From the NCBI GenBank assembly GCA_043228905.1, contig JBHGNT010000012.1, positions 18,538,001-18,602,000 on the forward strand: 64,000 nt of DNA, in the 5' to 3' direction. Below the pieces are notes generated by a model, which had not been told where the DNA came from, searched no databases, and saw only the letters and a program-made list of their open reading frames with translations. Both the position numbers and the translations under genes were made by a program. Below, piece after piece: positions 47,806 to 59,254 of this stretch. This stretch comes from Azolla caroliniana (taxonomy: Eukaryota; Plantae; Polypodiophyta). The stretch's first letter is position 1. Each line of letters begins with the position of its first letter.

Positions 47806-49252
47806 TTTTTTCGGATGTCATGCAACTGTGAGATTGTCCACCAACTTGCCCTGGATGAGTTTTTGTAATCTTTAAGCAATCACTTACAAAAACCTTCCAA
47901 TAAATGGCTTCTTTTATTTCTCTTTCAATGCATGTATCGCGAGAGATGTTATATGCATAAAAATCTACCAAACCATTCTTCCATAAGGGATGACCAAGGC
48001 CTCCACAAGACAAAGTGGCATTCCCATGCTAACAAGATTATGTACAGTTTCCACCATTCAAGGTACCCGTTCCACTTGTTCACATGATTTTAGGGATTAC
48101 CTTCCTCGTCCATAGTATTATTAGAATGTTGAATTAGGGGTTGTAAGCTATTGGACAGAAATTCACCTTTGTGAATCAAACTAGACAAAGTTGGATGTAA
48201 TATGGAACATATCAATTTCGCTAGATGGATTTATGGGTTTGGAGAAGAGGGCACTCTAGTCTTTTACATTTTTATTGGTTTAATTATGTGATTGGAATCA
48301 TGTGATCCTAACAATTAACTTAAGCACCCTAATAGAATTTTATTATGGGTGATTATATCCTTGTTTACAATCTTGATCTTGTAGCCTGAAATTGTGTTAA
48401 AAATGCTTGCCTTCAAATAGTCTTACGCACCTTGATCAAACGTGAACCATGGAGCAAGCATTTACATGAAAAGTGAAAAACTCATACAATCACAAAGGAA
48501 GCAAAACGATCCTCTAATGTGGAGAACGACTTCATATGGTGAATGTGTATCATATCATCATATTCTAAGGATTTTATTATCAATAATTAAATGGTGTCTC
48601 CACGCTAGGAGCATTGGCAAGAGCAAACCAACTATCAAAGGTGGGTGTTGGTCATGTTTACAATTTAGTTGCCACCTTCAATGTGACCCTTCAAATGAAA
48701 CTCAACCATATCCCTTCCTTCTTCCTTCTTCCTCCCTCCTAAAAATGTGCCACAATTCTTATATTATCATAGAGGAGTGTCCCAATTAAAAGGAACATAC
48801 ATAATACATGTTTATACACACCACAAAGTCAAATCTCAAGTATGGCTCACACGGTCACCATGTTTTCATAGAACCAAATGTCTTATCAAATGGAATGAGT
48901 GGATTTGTTCTTAAACCCCACTAATGACTCAAACTATGTATCGAAAGTAGTTTGAGTTGTCCTTTACTTGTAGACACGTCAATAAGTGATGGCCTTCTTG
49001 CATGGGTGAGGTGACATATTGGTGTCACGATGAGTTGCATCTCATCATCCGTCACTATCATCCACAAAGGATTCAAGCCCCTTTTTGCGAATATTTCTAG
49101 CTCAGGGGCAACCCCTACTTCCATCAAAAGGGAATAGTGTCATGCAATGTATTCATTGTAACAAAAGTGCACAAATTGAATTGTCTCACAAATGAAACAT
49201 CGTGGTTGTTCTTGTGATATTCATAAGTATTTCTTCATTCCAAGTGTCTCGT

Positions 49253-51330
49253 TGTTACCCCGTAGGACAAGTGGGACAAGTGTGAAACGTAGCAAAAGTA
49301 GTCAGACGCTAAACAACCAATTTAAGAAGCCGGATATCAAGGAAGAAGCAGGTGAGAGAGGCGTCGAGTGGGAAAGAACGTTATATATATCGAGGAGTGG
49401 CAAACACAAGAAAGAGAAGGATTTTTAGAGCAGACCAACATATATATTTTGTGGGTAATTCCTGCTTGTCTCTTTTCTATACATCTATATCTACCTATCA
49501 TTCGGTCAGTGTCAAGACCTAATTATGAATCGGTTGTAGCCGATCCCGAAGTGTGTCAATCTCATTATCTGTAATGGTCCGATCCACGCTTGTTAGTACA
49601 CCGTGACCTTGAGTCTCTTACGCACCACAATTCCTTGACTCGATTACTCAGGAGGATTAATCAAAGGTGTTCTCCAGGAGGGAGTAACACAATTTGGCAC
49701 GCCCAATTTACGTTGCGAGTTCACAGCGAACACGTGTAGGAGACCACTCCAACCTCCGTAATGGCGCCTCCCCAAGGCACACACAACTCGACCAACATCC
49801 TAACGTGTCGAACAAGCAAACAACATCACCAACTCCACTCTCACGGAGCAATCGCCGCCTCCGACATCGGACACCCAATCCGCCACGCTTCACAATCTCG
49901 TCTCAACTAGTGACATCGCCTTTGAAGTCGACTAACATGAAGATAACCTCTTTTCGGTTGCACGGGAGGACCTAGATTTCCACTCCATGCCTTATCCCTA
50001 CCCACAATACATTGATGGCGTTGATGTGGAAGCCCATGTTTGAGCCTTCCTAACCACATGGCAAGCAAACCATGTGTCACAATGATTGGTCGTTGTCGAT
50101 GCCAACACATCGAAAATCGTGGAGTTCGGCTTGTCTCTCGACGGGCAAGTAGTGCATTGGTACTCCCATCACGACTTGGGGGAGCTTGCATCCTCTACAT
50201 TCCTCCAGGACAGGTTTATAGGCCTCTTTCATTGATGGATACCCAAGTGAGAACTACTGAGCCAATTCTACGCCATCTCGTAGGAGCCACAAGAGACGAT
50301 TCCATGGTTCACAATTCGATTTCAGAACCTATACAGTCAGCTAGCTCAGGAAATCTCAGCTGACAATCTGAAGGAGACCTTCCTTACGATTCTCTGTGAG
50401 CCCCTTCAAACCACTTTGGGGGTCCTCGACTTTTCTCAACAAATGATCAAGCAAGTTATCGATCATGTCCTCGCCATGGATAAGCCCAAAACAATAACTC
50501 TTTCTCCATGAGTTCCCTCCATGGCGCCTTGCCAACAACCAAAGAATCCCAATTCAAGCAAGCCATTCAATGCACCACTTAGAATTAGAATTAGAGTTTT
50601 TTATCGTCCATAAAGAGACCAATTTTTACCTATGGGACTAGAGTATACACGTGTGTCTTGATATGTGTCTCCTTCCTAAGAAGGGGTATTCATACATTGA
50701 AGCACAAAGTCTCTATGTGTCAATAAAGCATACACATATGAGCTCAACCTTCTTGGTGGTGTCTTAAGTATGGCACTTAAGTTATCACTCCCTCTTAGTA
50801 TGTTAGCATATCTTGAACGAATTGCACTATATGTCGAGCATGTGAAGAGCAAGTGACATTCATCCTCTACCATGCCTTCATTGCATACTTTGCATGTCTT
50901 CAAGTCCGATACATTTTTATACCATGATGCAACTTCAATACCTAACTTGTGAGATCGAGTGCGAAGTAGTGTAAGGGCTCTACGAGCATTACTACTCATA
51001 TTGGTAATGAGATAAGGTTGGATACGATCAATCAACATTCTTGCTTTATATCAAGACCAACATTCAAGGTTGACATTTGCAATGTAGTATTCTAGCTTTG
51101 TCCTCTTAGCATCTTCCCACTTCATCCTTAATGACTCCACCAACCTTTCCTCAATCATTACATATTGCATAGCATTGCCCGAAAGATCTAAAAGATCATC
51201 CACACCCAATCTTCTAAACCATTTCCTTATGTCAACAACCCAACCGGACACTCGATAGTGGAATGCACCCTACTAAAGTGACCATGAGATGCATACAACC
51301 AAATGACGCTTTTGCTCACCACGTTCTACA
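49253..51330 (+). mobile_element. Ty3/gypsy 5' LTR (49253-49689), PBS and decayed gag, interrupted by a LINE
   Basis: TGTTAC...GTAACA termini, PBS TGGCACGCCCA at ~49695, gag-like DVEAHV.AFLTTWQANH..FGLSLDG..HWY, and a split Zn knuckle (QCTT.. / GHSIVEC). Confidence 0.7.
50579..51245 (-). mobile_element. 5'-truncated LINE (family B) with (TCTAAT)n tail nested in gypsy gag
   Basis: LRTRSHKLGIEVASW..CKVCNEGMVEDECHLLFTC C-terminal CCHC; same 3' UTR as 5361-5648. Confidence 0.85.
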
Positions 51331-51773
51331 AAAACCACAAAATGATACACACAACTACTCATTAGAAAGCTCTCTTTGCGAGCTTCAAAACGAGCCAAAG
51401 AACTAAGGAAACGAACACTAGAGCAAAAAGATACATAAAAAATTGTGGTTGTCCTTCTCCAACATCCTCTCTCTCTCTCTCTCTCTCATCACTCAATCTC
51501 AAGAAGAGAAAAGGGCCTAGAAAGAAAGTCGCATGTCATTGCAATAAGCAAGCAAGTCACAACAATGTAATGAAGGCCTTGGCTTTGTTGTCGTCTTTTG
51601 ATCTATATGTTTTTCTCAAAGAACTCCAATGCTTGCTTGCTTGCTTGCTGCTTTAGGCTTTTAGCAAGGTCCATGAAATCTCGAAGAAAGAAGCAAGTAG
51701 TTGAGGTCTTTGAATACACATATGCACATGCATACATACATATATTTCTCTTATATATACATGCATGCATGCA

Positions 51774-51806
<33 letters not shown>

Positions 51807-52912
51807 TTGTATGTTTACTAAAGATATCTCTTGTGATAAGCCAAAATTTCACTAATTTATGCATTGAGATTATGTCATGTACAACTACATGCCATTTTGG
51901 AATAGACTTGAACATGTGACCTTTTAGTCTCCACTTTAGTCAACAATGATGTTGTTAAGGATAATGCTCACGATGATGATATTTATGTCGATGCCAAAGC
52001 AAGATATTTAGATCCATTGCGTAGATCACTAGAGTGTTCATAATCGCCATCCATGCATATGTTGGGTTAACAATCCAAGCGAGTTCTTGTAGTCCTTGCA
52101 TAAACCTCTCTTCCTCGCTCTCATATAATTGGAACTAAAGGTTCCCTTGAGCAAGATTCATACAATGCACCTTTTTTGTATTTCACATATGCACTCATAA
52201 AATACAATCTCACTCGCTCCCTCACATGGTGAGTTGATCAAGCTTTTCTAATCTCTTGCTTGCTCAAAGCCCATTGCACTTTCGTTTGACTACTCACCCA
52301 CTAATCTCTCTTTTTTAGTGTCCCCAAGGGGTGCAATTATTTTTTCATATAGATTTATTTACTACAAAGTAACAAACCTCCTTCTAAGTTCTTAACAAGG
52401 GGACACATTCAACATGCATATGTTTATCGAGTTTCCATTGATCAAAAGTGTATACCTTTGTGAGTGATAAAAATATCCAATCATATTTCTAGAACCCAAT
52501 CCTTAAAACTACCAACGTGAACCTTATAATACTCACTCTTTAGTGTTTGACCTCAACTGGAAGGGGATATTCATTTATTGGGGGCTTTATCACCTTCGAG
52601 AGAGGCCACACTTAACCTTTAAGGGAATATTACAGGGCCACCACTTGATTATTTGGTAGAGCGTTTGTTTGACGAGAAAAGAGTTATGCCATCACCATCC
52701 TCAATTATGCGCATATATGAAGGATACAAGGCATGAGGTTTACGGATCACATCAACTATTTGAAATCCACAATGTTGGACTTGACCAAAGTAAGCAATCT
52801 ATATATATATTCGGCACACACCTTTTTCTTAGCGAGAAGAGTGATGTAAACTCAACAAAAAAATTTCAAGCACAAAAGTGAATATTGTCTAGGCACATCA
52901 GAGTACGCATAC

Positions 52913-53230
52913 AAAGGTTTGTCCATTTATCAGACTTTAAGGAATAGATGCACGAATTGGGCATGGCCCTAGGGACACCCTATGCAGATTGTGTATGCGA
53001 ACCAATCGGAACCAAAGTGTTTATTTATCAGACTTAATGAATAGACACACGAATTGGGCATGGAGGGGCACCCCTATGCAAATCGTGTATGGGAACCAAT
53101 CGGTATGAAAAGTGTCCATTTATCAGATTTAATGAGTAGACGGACGATTTGGGCATGGAGGGGCACCGGGCACCCTATGGAGATCGTGGACACGCGAACC
53201 CAATCGGTACCAAAGTGTTCTATCTATCCA
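52913..53230. repeat. ~97-bp degenerate tandem repeat x3 upstream of NFRKB
   Basis: tttatcaga.tt.a.ga.taga...acga.ttgggcatgg....caccctatg....gaaccaatcgg recurs. Confidence 0.8.
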
Positions 53231-53600
53231 CCAATGAACGTGTGCTTTTCGGGAGTAGAGACATGGACACAAACATGGGACATCAAGTAACAGAAACATG
53301 GGCAATCCCTGTGTTTTGTCCACCAAGCAACGTGTGTACCTTTCGGACAAGAGACATCACAAGTAAAGTCGTGACACACACACACACACCCGGACACGAT
53401 ATGAAGGTGTGTGCAAGAAAGAGGAGGAAATGGGCATGGACAAAAAAAAAAACAGTTATTATGGGCATGGACAAAAACCCAAAAAACAATACAAAAGAAA
53501 AGTTATCATTGTCATCTTCCACAAATTGATGCAATGCATCTGTACCCACACAAACCCTAAAAGACATTAACACAGAGAAAGAGAAAGAGAAAGAGAAAGA

Positions 53601-53648
<48 letters not shown>

Positions 53649-53749
53649 ATGGTGGCCTCACCCACATCAAAATGCCCACTATCACACCACCATCCCCATC
53701 CCACCTCATCAAGTCCTCCTCTTCCTCACCTTTCTCCATCTCCCTTTAA

Positions 53750-53797
53750 CCCTAACCCTAACCCTAACCCTAACCCTAACCCTAACCCTAACCCTAA
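53750..53797 (-). repeat. (CCCTAA)8 telomere-type array ~150 bp upstream of the NFRKB ATG
   Basis: Directly visible in the sequence. Confidence 0.95.
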
Positions 53798-53947
53798 TCT
53801 TCATGTTTCCCTTCTCCTTGCCTTTCCCCTCCCTGCCCTAATTTGTTCTCTTCATCTGTTACCTTCTCTGTTTCTGTATGATCTAGTGCCCGTGATCCCT
53901 CAGATCTGCCCTGTCTCTGCATCGATCTCCCTGAGACTGAGCCCTCC

Positions 53948-56900
53948 ATGGCCATCGTGAAGACGGGATCGAGAATCGACAGGAAAAACAACATATATTC
54001 CAGCCCTTCGGATCGGACCCTGAAAAAAAACTCCTCACGAAACTCGGAAATCAATTTCACCGATTCTTCTCCTTCTTCGGCTTCTTCTTCCTCATTGTCA
54101 TCATCTTCTTCCTCCTTCTCATCGGATTCAAGTGACGCAGAGAAAGCCTTGAATCCTTCATCTCATCTCTGTGGTTTCGAAGATAAGGTAAGCGAATTTC
54201 CGCTTGAACTTTTCCATCTTTCCGACCTTACCCAAATCCTCTCTGTAGAGGCATGGAATTCTATACTTAGTGAAGAAGATAGAGAGAATTTGGTCTCTCT
54301 CTTGCCTCAGATTGAAGAAGAATATACCTTAAAAAATACTCTAAAAGAGCTTCTCTCCGGTGGTTTTTTCAATTTTACTAGCCCATTACAAGATCTATTA
54401 AATCTACTGAAATCAGGGCAATGCAATCCACGAATCACGCCATACCAAAATGCCCTTATATCTTTGAGAAGAAGAGAGCATCATCATTATGTGAGAAAGT
54501 ATCATAATCACATGGTCAATGGGTTCCTGGAAATGAATGATCTATGGCAAGACTATCCTTATTCTACCATTGAAGAAAAGATGGAGATATGGAAGAATTG
54601 GAAACTGAAGAAAGTAAGGCCGCCGCCTTTATACGCTGGGGGAAGAAAAGGAGGGTCTTTCCAGAGCTTTCGTTTGCAAAATCTATTGTCCCGAAAGGCA
54701 AAGTTTCTACTCTCTAAGGAAAAAAATGTCAAGAGTTTGAATCCAAAGATTCTTGGCAAATTTGTCTTAGATTCAGTAGATTCCAAGGCAAGTAAGAAGA
54801 AGCCAAAAAAGGGCGCTACTAAAAGCACTACTAAAAATATGGCAATAGATAAGAAGAACAGTAAAATGACAAGAAAGTTAGGACAGAGTGTGAACGTATC
54901 CAGCATTGAGAAAGCGGAGAAACAACCTCCAAAAGGGGTTCTCAAATTGCTCCCCAAGGCTCTGGGTAAAGATAATGAGAAGAAGATGATCGAATCATCC
55001 TCGAAGGCATCTCCTCCTCGCTCGGTGTCTCCCTTTGATGAGACGCAAATGGTGGCGTCCTCCATTTATCATGATGTTGGTGATTATGTTGAGGATACTG
55101 TCATCACATCTTCGGGTATGTATGAACCTGTGCTTATGATGTCTCAGGAAAGAATGTGCCCCACGCCTGTCAAAGAAAAAGTTAAAGAGAAGGTATCATC
55201 TATGGCAAGGGTTAAAACCCCGGGGGATAAAAGAACAAAAATGATGGTTGGAGATGTGGAAGAGAAAGGCATGAGTGTAAGCAACATCTTTGAAACGCTT
55301 AATGAGAGTCTCGAAGAGGTAGTGGACATAGCTAATCAAGATCTAGATATCTCTCGAGGGCTAGAGAACGAAAATCTAGATATCGGTCTTTCTCCCATCA
55401 TTGTCCAAGAGACAAAAATTCTTTCATCTAGCTTGGGCAGTGAGAATGGGGTTGAAAATAGTCAAAGAGCAAAAAGAAAGATGAAAAAGAAGATGAATGC
55501 TGAAGAACAGACTCCACTGGAAAACAGAAAAGAAGAAGAAAAAGAAAAAGGAAAAAATGAAGATGAAGATGAAGATTCAAGAATGAGAAGAGACCTTAAT
55601 AGGGAAGCTTATCTCGCTGAAAAGGAGATGCAAGATATTCTAGACGACAAAACCGAGCTTGAGATGGAAGAGAAGCCAGTGAAGAGACGACGAAAGAGGC
55701 TGAAGCCAACAGAAGAGGGTTCTATTATGCAATGTAATGGAGAGGTTTCACTGTCTGAAAATGCTACTACTCCATCGAAGAGCTCTAGAAAATCTCTTTT
55801 ACCAATCCCTCCATCAGCATTGAGCTTTCCGTTCTCAGTAATACACTTGCTTTCAGCCGTGAGGTCTGCTCTAATAAGTCATCCCCTAGAGGGGTCAATG
55901 CTTTTGAATGGGGAGAATAGCTATGGTGTAGAGTATCTAATTGCACTTGAACAAAGCTATACAAGGGCCAACGATCAATCCTTTGTGGGGGACAATACTA
56001 TTGAATCAATAGGAAAGGACCAAGAAGAGAAGAGGTATGGACTACCTGCCATTCCTCTTCATGAAATAGTGAGAAGGATTCAAGCTAATCCTGGTGACCC
56101 AAGAATCCTTGAGACCCAAGATCCTCTTCAAGAGCTTGTTCGTGGTGTACTTAAGGTTTTATCTAGCAAAGCAATGCAACCATGCATAAAAGGATGGAAA
56201 CCTCTAGTGGCATATAATAAAGAGATTCGGGGTTGGTCGTGGATTGGACCCTTGTTATCAGATAGAAACAATGATGGCCTTGATGTGGCAGTGGAGGTTT
56301 CACATGAAGTGTGGTCGGTTCCACCCAAGACTCTATATAAGTTGCAAGAAGGCTTTGGGAAGTGGTGGAAACATGAGCAAGAGATATTGCAACATCTCGG
56401 TCAGATTGCTCTTCTTCCATTGCCTGTAACAATGGCCCTCCTGGATGAGAAGGAAAGGTTTCGAGAGCTTCGAGCTCAGAAAAGCCTCATCACAATCAAC
56501 CCTACTTCTGAAGAGATGAAGGCCTACTTTCGAAGAGAAGAAGCTCTTCGATATTCAGTTCCAGATAGGGCCTTTTCATACACGTGTCTAGATGGCCGAA
56601 AATCAGCTGTAGCTCCATTGCGGCGAATAGGAGGAAAGCCAAATTCAAAAGCAAGAGACCATTTCATGTTGAAGTCTGATCGACCTCCACATGTGACTAT
56701 ACTATGTTTGGTGCGAGATGCAGCCTCAAGGCTTCCAGGAGGAATTGGTACAAGAGCTGATGTGTGCTCTCTCATTAGGGACTCGCAATATATTGTAGAA
56801 GATGTCTCAGATGTGCAATTGAATCAGGTTGTGAGCGGGGCTTTGGATCGGTTGCACTATGAGAGAGACCCTTGTGTTCGGTTCGATGGGGATAGGAAGT

Positions 56901-57436
56901 TGTGGGTCTATTTGCATTCCAATAAAGATGATGAGGACTTTGAAGATGATGCCACATCATCTACCAAACGATGGAAGAGGGCAAAGAAAGATGGAACTGA
57001 GAATCCTGAGAATGTTGAGAATCCTGACTTTGGGCTGACTCAAGATTATGATTATCCTACAAAAGAAGACAATGATTCGGGTGGGCTTGTGCTTGATTTT
57101 AACCATGATCTTTCTTCAGTTTATTCATCAGTAGTTGGAGGAGAGCTATTATTTGCTCACCCTAGTACTGGATCTCTAATACTCCCACATGGGCTTGACT
57201 CTGCATTTTCTGGCCAAGGGAGGGACGATAGTGTATTGCCATTCATTGAACTTCCTCCTTCAATACAACCCTCTTGTGTAAATATGCAACAAAGCCACCC
57301 AATGGGCTGGGAAGTATTGGGCAATAGATGGGGCCAAGAGGCTCATTTTCAATCATCAAATGATCATATTGTACAGGATGATTTCAGTGCATCATCACAT
57401 AGGGATAGCGAAATTGCAATTGATAGAGGTGTTTAG
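53948..57436 (+). CDS. NFRKB: NFRKB (INO80 complex subunit) with N-terminal DEUBAD and C-terminal winged-helix domains, intronless, 1162 aa
   Basis: MAIVK start; LSVEAWNSILSEEDRENLVSLLP..YHNHMV (DEUBAD); FSVIHLLSAVR, PGDPRILETQDPLQELVRGVLK, KARDHFMLKSDRPPHVTILCLVRDAASRLPGGIGTRADVC and VSGALDRLHYERDPCVRFD. Confidence 0.95.
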   Translation: MAIVKTGSRIDRKNNIYSSPSDRTLKKNSSRNSEINFTDSSPSSASSSSLSSSSSSFSSDSSDAEKALNPSSHLCGFEDKVSEFPLELFHLSDLTQILSVEAWNSILSEEDRENLVSLLPQIEEEYTLKNTLKELLSGGFFNFTSPLQDLLNLLKSGQCNPRITPYQNALISLRRREHHHYVRKYHNHMVNGFLEMNDLWQDYPYSTIEEKMEIWKNWKLKKVRPPPLYAGGRKGGSFQSFRLQNLLSRKAKFLLSKEKNVKSLNPKILGKFVLDSVDSKASKKKPKKGATKSTTKNMAIDKKNSKMTRKLGQSVNVSSIEKAEKQPPKGVLKLLPKALGKDNEKKMIESSSKASPPRSVSPFDETQMVASSIYHDVGDYVEDTVITSSGMYEPVLMMSQERMCPTPVKEKVKEKVSSMARVKTPGDKRTKMMVGDVEEKGMSVSNIFETLNESLEEVVDIANQDLDISRGLENENLDIGLSPIIVQETKILSSSLGSENGVENSQRAKRKMKKKMNAEEQTPLENRKEEEKEKGKNEDEDEDSRMRRDLNREAYLAEKEMQDILDDKTELEMEEKPVKRRRKRLKPTEEGSIMQCNGEVSLSENATTPSKSSRKSLLPIPPSALSFPFSVIHLLSAVRSALISHPLEGSMLLNGENSYGVEYLIALEQSYTRANDQSFVGDNTIESIGKDQEEKRYGLPAIPLHEIVRRIQANPGDPRILETQDPLQELVRGVLKVLSSKAMQPCIKGWKPLVAYNKEIRGWSWIGPLLSDRNNDGLDVAVEVSHEVWSVPPKTLYKLQEGFGKWWKHEQEILQHLGQIALLPLPVTMALLDEKERFRELRAQKSLITINPTSEEMKAYFRREEALRYSVPDRAFSYTCLDGRKSAVAPLRRIGGKPNSKARDHFMLKSDRPPHVTILCLVRDAASRLPGGIGTRADVCSLIRDSQYIVEDVSDVQLNQVVSGALDRLHYERDPCVRFDGDRKLWVYLHSNKDDEDFEDDATSSTKRWKRAKKDGTENPENVENPDFGLTQDYDYPTKEDNDSGGLVLDFNHDLSSVYSSVVGGELLFAHPSTGSLILPHGLDSAFSGQGRDDSVLPFIELPPSIQPSCVNMQQSHPMGWEVLGNRWGQEAHFQSSNDHIVQDDFSASSHRDSEIAIDRGV

Positions 57437-58079
57437 ACTATATGGTTGATACTTGATTTTATAACCATCATCATTATTTGGAAATGTGGATATGAGGGAG
57501 GAAATGCTTTAGCTCCTAGTTAAACATTTTCATTTATTTTGGAGTGGCACAAGGATGGGATTCTTCCTGATGATCCTGCTTCAAATATGAGGATTGTGAT
57601 GGTCGATCAAGGACATTGCTAGCGTTAGATAGAATGCTGAAGCTCATTGGCATACGCTGAAAAGTTGTATTGTGTATAGTCTTCCAGATGTGGAAAACAT
57701 TCACCTGGATACATTCAAAATGTTCAAATCATCTTTGAGAAGCAACACGGATTTCTTTCTACAATCTGATGTGAATGTAATGTTTGAAAATTTTAAGCAC
57801 TGAAACTAATGGTGGGGAATCAAGCTATTTTTTCTCTCTCATGTGGGTGGAGTTGTTTATTATCTGGATTTGAATGAACCATGTACCCATTGATCAGCCA
57901 AAGTTGCAACCTTGTTTAGGACTAAATAAGTTGGTGTTGTATAAGCAAATGCCAGGATTATTTTATTTTGATTGCATTTAAACACAATGTCTATAGGGTA
58001 TTTTGTATATATACATTCTTTTGTGGGGCTTCATGCCAATTTGAGGTCTCCCATGAACATAATGTGGAATTGTTTGCGT

Positions 58080-58665
58080 CTTAAGAGTAGAGCAAATATT
58101 CAAAAGAAGATGGTGGAATTAATGTAGTAAGCAATGATAGACAACACTTCAATCAGGCAACCATTTGGAAGAGAATAAGCCCTTCAATATACCCTTCAAA
58201 ATAAGGAGCAAAATTCAGCCATAGTTCCATTGAAGCAAATTAGAGGAAAGCCATGTTCAAATGCATGAGACCTTTCCTATTGAAATTTGAATAGTATCTA
58301 CATGTGATTTTACTATGTTGTACAAGATGTGGCCTCCAAGCTTCAAGGAGCCATTGTTAGGAGAACTTATTTGTGCTCTCACATTAGGGGTTCTTTACAT
58401 ATCACAAAAGATGTCTCAAATGTGCAATTGGATAATGTTGTGAGTGGCGCTTTCAATCAATTGCACAATGGGAAACCATTACGTTCAATTTGATGGGGAA
58501 AAAAAGTTGTGGTTTTGTCTACGTTTCAATAAGGATGGTATCATCTTGGATGATACGACATCATCTATTGGATTAGAAGAGGGCAAAGAGAAATGCAATT
58601 GAGAATGTTGAAAGTGTTAACAAAATTTCAAGTTGACCCAAGAGTATGGTTATCCAAAAGAAGTT
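58080..58665 (+). pseudogene. Decayed partial tandem duplicate of the NFRKB C-terminal coding region
   Basis: Collinear with ~56460-57065, e.g. gatgtctcaaatgtgcaattggataatgttgtgagtggcgcttt vs gatgtctcagatgtgcaattgaatcaggttgtgagcggggcttt. Confidence 0.8.
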
Positions 58666-58853
58666 AGGGGATTATGGGCAAGGAAATGTGGATAGTGGTG
58701 ACTTATTGTGCCCTAGTTAGGCTCTCTCTCGTTTGTCATATGCTTTGATATCAAGGTTTAATCTTTATTGCGCACTTCTACTTCATTTAACATTCATGAA
58801 TCGTTAGGAATAATCCTTCTTCTAGTATTTGTCAATCATGGGTGCAATGGTCT

Positions 58854-59254
58854 TAACAATAAGCAACAACTTAACGGCTTAATGGTTTAAACGGTTCGAT
58901 TCAGGTTCAAGTTTTTTTAACGGTTCAATTTTGGTTTGGTTTTAACGGTTTGATGGTTTTTAAATTTATTTTTTTAAAACAACCTTTTCATTTTTAAGCT
59001 TGATTCTCACATTTTAGAAAAAATCTTTAAATTTTAAAATATTTTAAAATTTTAAAATTTGAATTGACCTAAGTTGAAAACCAAAACCGAACCACGAAAC
59101 TACGGGTTTAGCAGTTTAATGGTTTAACGGGTTGGATTTTTACATAACAGTTCAGTTAAAACGGTTTCGTCGTTCGATTTGGTTCAGTTTAGGTTTCAAT
59201 AATTTTAAACAATTGGGTTTTGAAACTCTTGAACCAAACCATTGCCGATTGTTA
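58854..59254. mobile_element. hAT-type MITE, 401 bp, 8-bp TSD AATGGTCT
   Basis: Imperfect TIR TAACAATAAGCAA / TTGCCGATTGTTA; TSD at 58846-58853 and 59255-59262; internal AACGG/GGTT subterminal motifs. Confidence 0.85.
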
